From Cyanophora paradoxa CCMP329 (Eukaryota; Plantae; Glaucophyta), in assembly GCA_004431415.1 (NCBI GenBank), contig QPMI01000122.1:88491-152490 (forward strand): a stretch of DNA of 64,000 nucleotides. Direction: 5' to 3'. The notes under the pieces are model-generated. The model ran no database searches. It was not told the DNA's origin and saw nothing but the letters and a program-made list of their open reading frames with translations. The translations under genes were made by a program, and so were the position numbers. Below are positions 61,087 to 64,000 of this stretch, piece by piece (the first letter of the stretch is position 1; each line of letters starts with the position of its first letter).

Positions 61087-61700
61087 TCAAAGGCTCGCAC
61101 AGTAGTGTCGTATGTAGCCAGTCGCGCTTCGAGCGCCCCTAAACTTCTCCTCTAATTCCTGACCGACTTTCTCGCCCTTGGTCACATAGACAGATGCCCG
61201 CTTTTTAGGGGCTTCCATCGATGCAGGTAAAGCGGCTGTTGCTTCGGCTTTTACCACCTTATTATCGGTTAGCTTTTCGCCTGTGAGCTGTGATTCGGCG
61301 AGGGATTGATCCGCCAGCTTTCTATCAGTGGAATCGACCGGCTCTCCGCTTAGCATCCACCTTTTGAGCACGCTCTGAAACCTTGTATTCGGTCAATCAG
61401 ATCGAAATCTATTTGGTCAGAAGCGCAGCACCGCCAGTGCGACCAGCATCCTCCGCAGGATTAATCTTGCCAGCGACAACAGCGCTTTGATCTTCCATTT
61501 GGATCGCTTTCCGCGAGTTCTTGGGTGGCATTTATCATTATGCGAGAAATTTATTCAAAATTTACCCAATTTCTTTGCAAATTTTGGGCGGCGCTTTTCT
61601 TGGTATGCCAGCAATAGATTGGGGTCTTTAAGTAGGTCGGCTTCGATTATTCTTTTGGTGGATCGCTTTAAGGTGCGACGTTTCCACTCACAGGTTTCGT
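61087..61700 (-). CDS. Viral ORF(s) of unknown function, probably frameshifted
   Basis: ORF 61087-61371 plus upstream Lys/Arg-rich coding-like sequence. No family recognised. Confidence 0.35.
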
Positions 61701-61759
61701 AATATCGGTGGTTTGGGGTTGGTCGCCATTTACCGCGCCGACGTCGGTTTTACCGCTGT

Positions 61760-62459
61760 TTACCAGCGGTCTTTATGTCGTCCGCCGCTTTTTAAAGAAG
61801 CGCTTGAATTTATATTCGTCGGGCACCGGATCCGCTTGCCAACAGAGAATTCCAGGCTATATTTCGCATTGTTTACCACGATCACCTGATAGCTGTGACT
61901 GTATTCGGTCATCACCTTCTCGAACCAGCGCTTTTCGTATGGATTAAACTCGTCCTCGGCGCTCTCCATCTCTTTTCTATTGGGCAATGAGAACAGGAAT
62001 ATATATTCGGCGTTTACTCTGAGTGTCGGCGAAATTTTGGTGAGTTTTTGCGAGCAGATCCAGCAGCTCACAAACAGATGGCGTCCAGCGTGAAAATACG
62101 ATTTAGTATAGGCTCACCCTTTCCCGCCATCGATAAACTCGGATTATCAATAAAATCGTCCAGCACAATTAACAGGTTACCGACTTTCTCCTTTTTCTTG
62201 ATCCTCTCCTTGCGTTCTCTATTATATTGTCGATCAGCTTATGGTCGAAATCCTCATACAGATACGATGTGACATTGTCGTATTGATGATTCCAGATCGT
62301 GGAGGCGAATATCATCACCGAATCGATCTTGTCCTCGTTGTGGTAAAGCAGGTATTTCAAAAAGACTGACTTCCCAGTCGCGGTTTTACCTACAAACAGT
62401 GCGCGACATGGAAACTCTAAGCTTCCCGGGTCAAACTCACTCAGATCTTGTATATCCAT
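61760..62459 (-). CDS. A32/FtsK-like genome packaging ATPase (frameshifted)
   Basis: RALFVGKTATGKS (Walker A), LLIVLDDF (Walker B), RHLFVSCWICSQKLTKISPTLRVNAEYIFLF. Confidence 0.9.
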
Positions 62460-62504
62460 TTCCCTTATAAGAAACATATAAAAATTACGAAACGCGACAG
62501 CCGA

Positions 62505-63943
62505 TTAAGCGCTGATGCGAGACAAGCGTTGGCATTCATTACAAGAGATATTGTGGCAGTAAGCCGAGATCTGAACACCGACCTTTGTCCAGGTGGCGAG
62601 GGTGTGCCATTGGGTGTGAGGATTAGGAAGCTCGACGCTGATTGCGTTAGATCGACGTAGCCAGTCGCTTCTCACCTTTGAGTGCCGCTTTACCATCGAG
62701 AGCAAAGCAGAAGCCAGTGTAAAATGGGGCGCTTGTTGCTATCGATCCAGTTAGTCATCTTGAATTTATCGGCGAGCTCCATAGCCGCGGATTGCAGCGG
62801 GACACAGTGTTAGAATATAGGTAATTGTTGTTATTTAGAACTTGCATCACGACATTATCATCGAAGGCAAGGGTGCGGACAGTAGAGTGCCCTCCTTTAT
62901 TATCGCCGAGTGTGTTTTCGTCGCGAACCTTGACAACAAGTGCGTAAACAAGTCCAGAAATTTGAGATAGCGACAGGCGGAGACCAGAGCCGAGAGCAAG
63001 ACCGGTATAATCCGCAAACTGAATATCAGTGTAGGGGATGGCGATGCAGAGGTCTTAACACGAGTAATATTTCGCCCATCGTTTCCTCATCGATGTTAAC
63101 AGCGTCCATAACAATACGAGGGGTCGTCATTTCCAGATTCGCAAGTGCAGGTGTAGGTGTGAGAGCCGCACTATCGAAAATCGCAGTGGCACCCGAGTGA
63201 GCTAAGGTCTTAATATTTCCGAAAGCAGCCGCTTGAGCAAGCGTGTCTCGCCATCAGTTAGAATTGGTCGCAGTAATTGCAGCAGCGTTATTCTGAGCGT
63301 AAACGCCAGGAACCGCCGCAGTTTCGAGCAGCGCAGGGGTTTGGAAATATACTTCGACCGCGATTTCGGATGGGAGCGCACCGATGGGCACGCCAGCATC
63401 GAGGAAGCTCGGAATTCGCATGGTAAAAATGCCGCCAGCTTGGTTGCCGCCCTCTACCTTCGGTCCGAGATGCAGCCCATGCTTGCGCTTCTTTTGGTCG
63501 AATTCAGCCGGAGTGTTAGCCAGGAAAGCGTAATCTACCAGGCGCTCAGCCGGAATAATTTGCTCATACGACCCGTATTTAATGCTGACTCGCTGAACAA
63601 ACGAGCCAGGAAGCCCGCGGACGAATCCAGTGTTGAATAGATCAGCCGAGCAGTCAGCAGAGTCTTGGCGATGGCAGTTAGCGCCTTCGCCGAGGGATGG
63701 TAACTTGGAGGCTAATACCATTGCACCATTGTAGCGAGGGAGATAGAAGACCACACGAGTGGTAGCACCAGTAGAGGAGAACAGATTGCCGGGATCCGCA
63801 ATTGGGAGCACCTCCACACGAGAAGGCTGAATTGTTTGTCCACACCACGATAAATCCGCGATCCAAAAGCATGCTCTTGTAATCCTCCGGGTTTCGAGGA
63901 CGGATTTGAGCGTGAGGCGGCTAAGCGAGGTCGTGGGATCCAT
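62505..63943 (-). CDS. Probable double-jelly-roll major capsid protein (frameshifted)
   Basis: ~480-codon beta-rich gene next to the ATPase. Segments SFVQRVSIKYGSYEQII and VPIGALPSEIAVEVYF resemble DJR capsid strands. Assignment rests mainly on size and context. Confidence 0.55.
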
Positions 63944-64000
63944 ATTTCGTTTTTATCTTCCGCTGAGAAATTTATTTAGAAGAACGGATTATTTTTTACA

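Larger units (their letters stand above)
50605..64000 (-). mobile_element. Polinton/Maverick-like endogenous virus, element B (continues beyond the window)
   Basis: Minus-strand order: probable MCP, A32 ATPase, small ORFs, PrimPol-D5 helicase, palindrome, pPolB, ORFs, rve integrase. Left boundary tentative (AGAGTAGT at 50605). Confidence 0.92.

Noticed and set aside
50690-63943. Numerous frameshifts as proof that element B is an ancient dead relic or uses recoding
   Set aside because: Mostly single-base deletions with catalytic motifs preserved, which is also typical of low-coverage long-read consensus; cannot be distinguished from decay without reads.

Overview
Intron-rich, very GC-rich eukaryotic nuclear DNA (1 to ~46.8 kb), followed abruptly by ~17 kb of AT-richer, intronless endogenous viral DNA. 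A PPR gene with a Phe-containing transit-peptide-like N-terminus suggests a plastid-bearing alga, possibly a glaucophyte; this is inference only. Host genes: BAH-domain protein, CPA2-type cation/H+ antiporter, ARPC3, coiled-coil/Sfi1-like protein, five-PKD-domain KIAA0319/AAVR-like receptor, HP1-like protein, two copies of a PPR gene, ATG1, an orphan gene, FCP1/CPL phosphatase, a small membrane protein and an ERCC6L2/SWI2-like SNF2 helicase that is cut off at the viral junction. The two PPR copies bracket a ~5.6 kb lower-GC island encoding a beta-helix protein, a TLDc+IFI44-like P-loop protein and a possibly myristoylated alpha/beta protein. Many host introns appear to use GC donors. The viral part holds two diverged, oppositely oriented Polinton/Maverick-like elements (pPolB, rve integrase, PrimPol-D5/SF3 helicase, A32 ATPase, probable capsid). 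Both share an apparently proofreading-dead pPolB, an identical 32-bp-arm/46-bp-spacer palindrome resembling an origin, and an unannotated ~54-aa ORF. Element B also has fixed-spacing promoter-like motifs. All exon structures and counts are manual, and viral frameshifts may be long-read errors.
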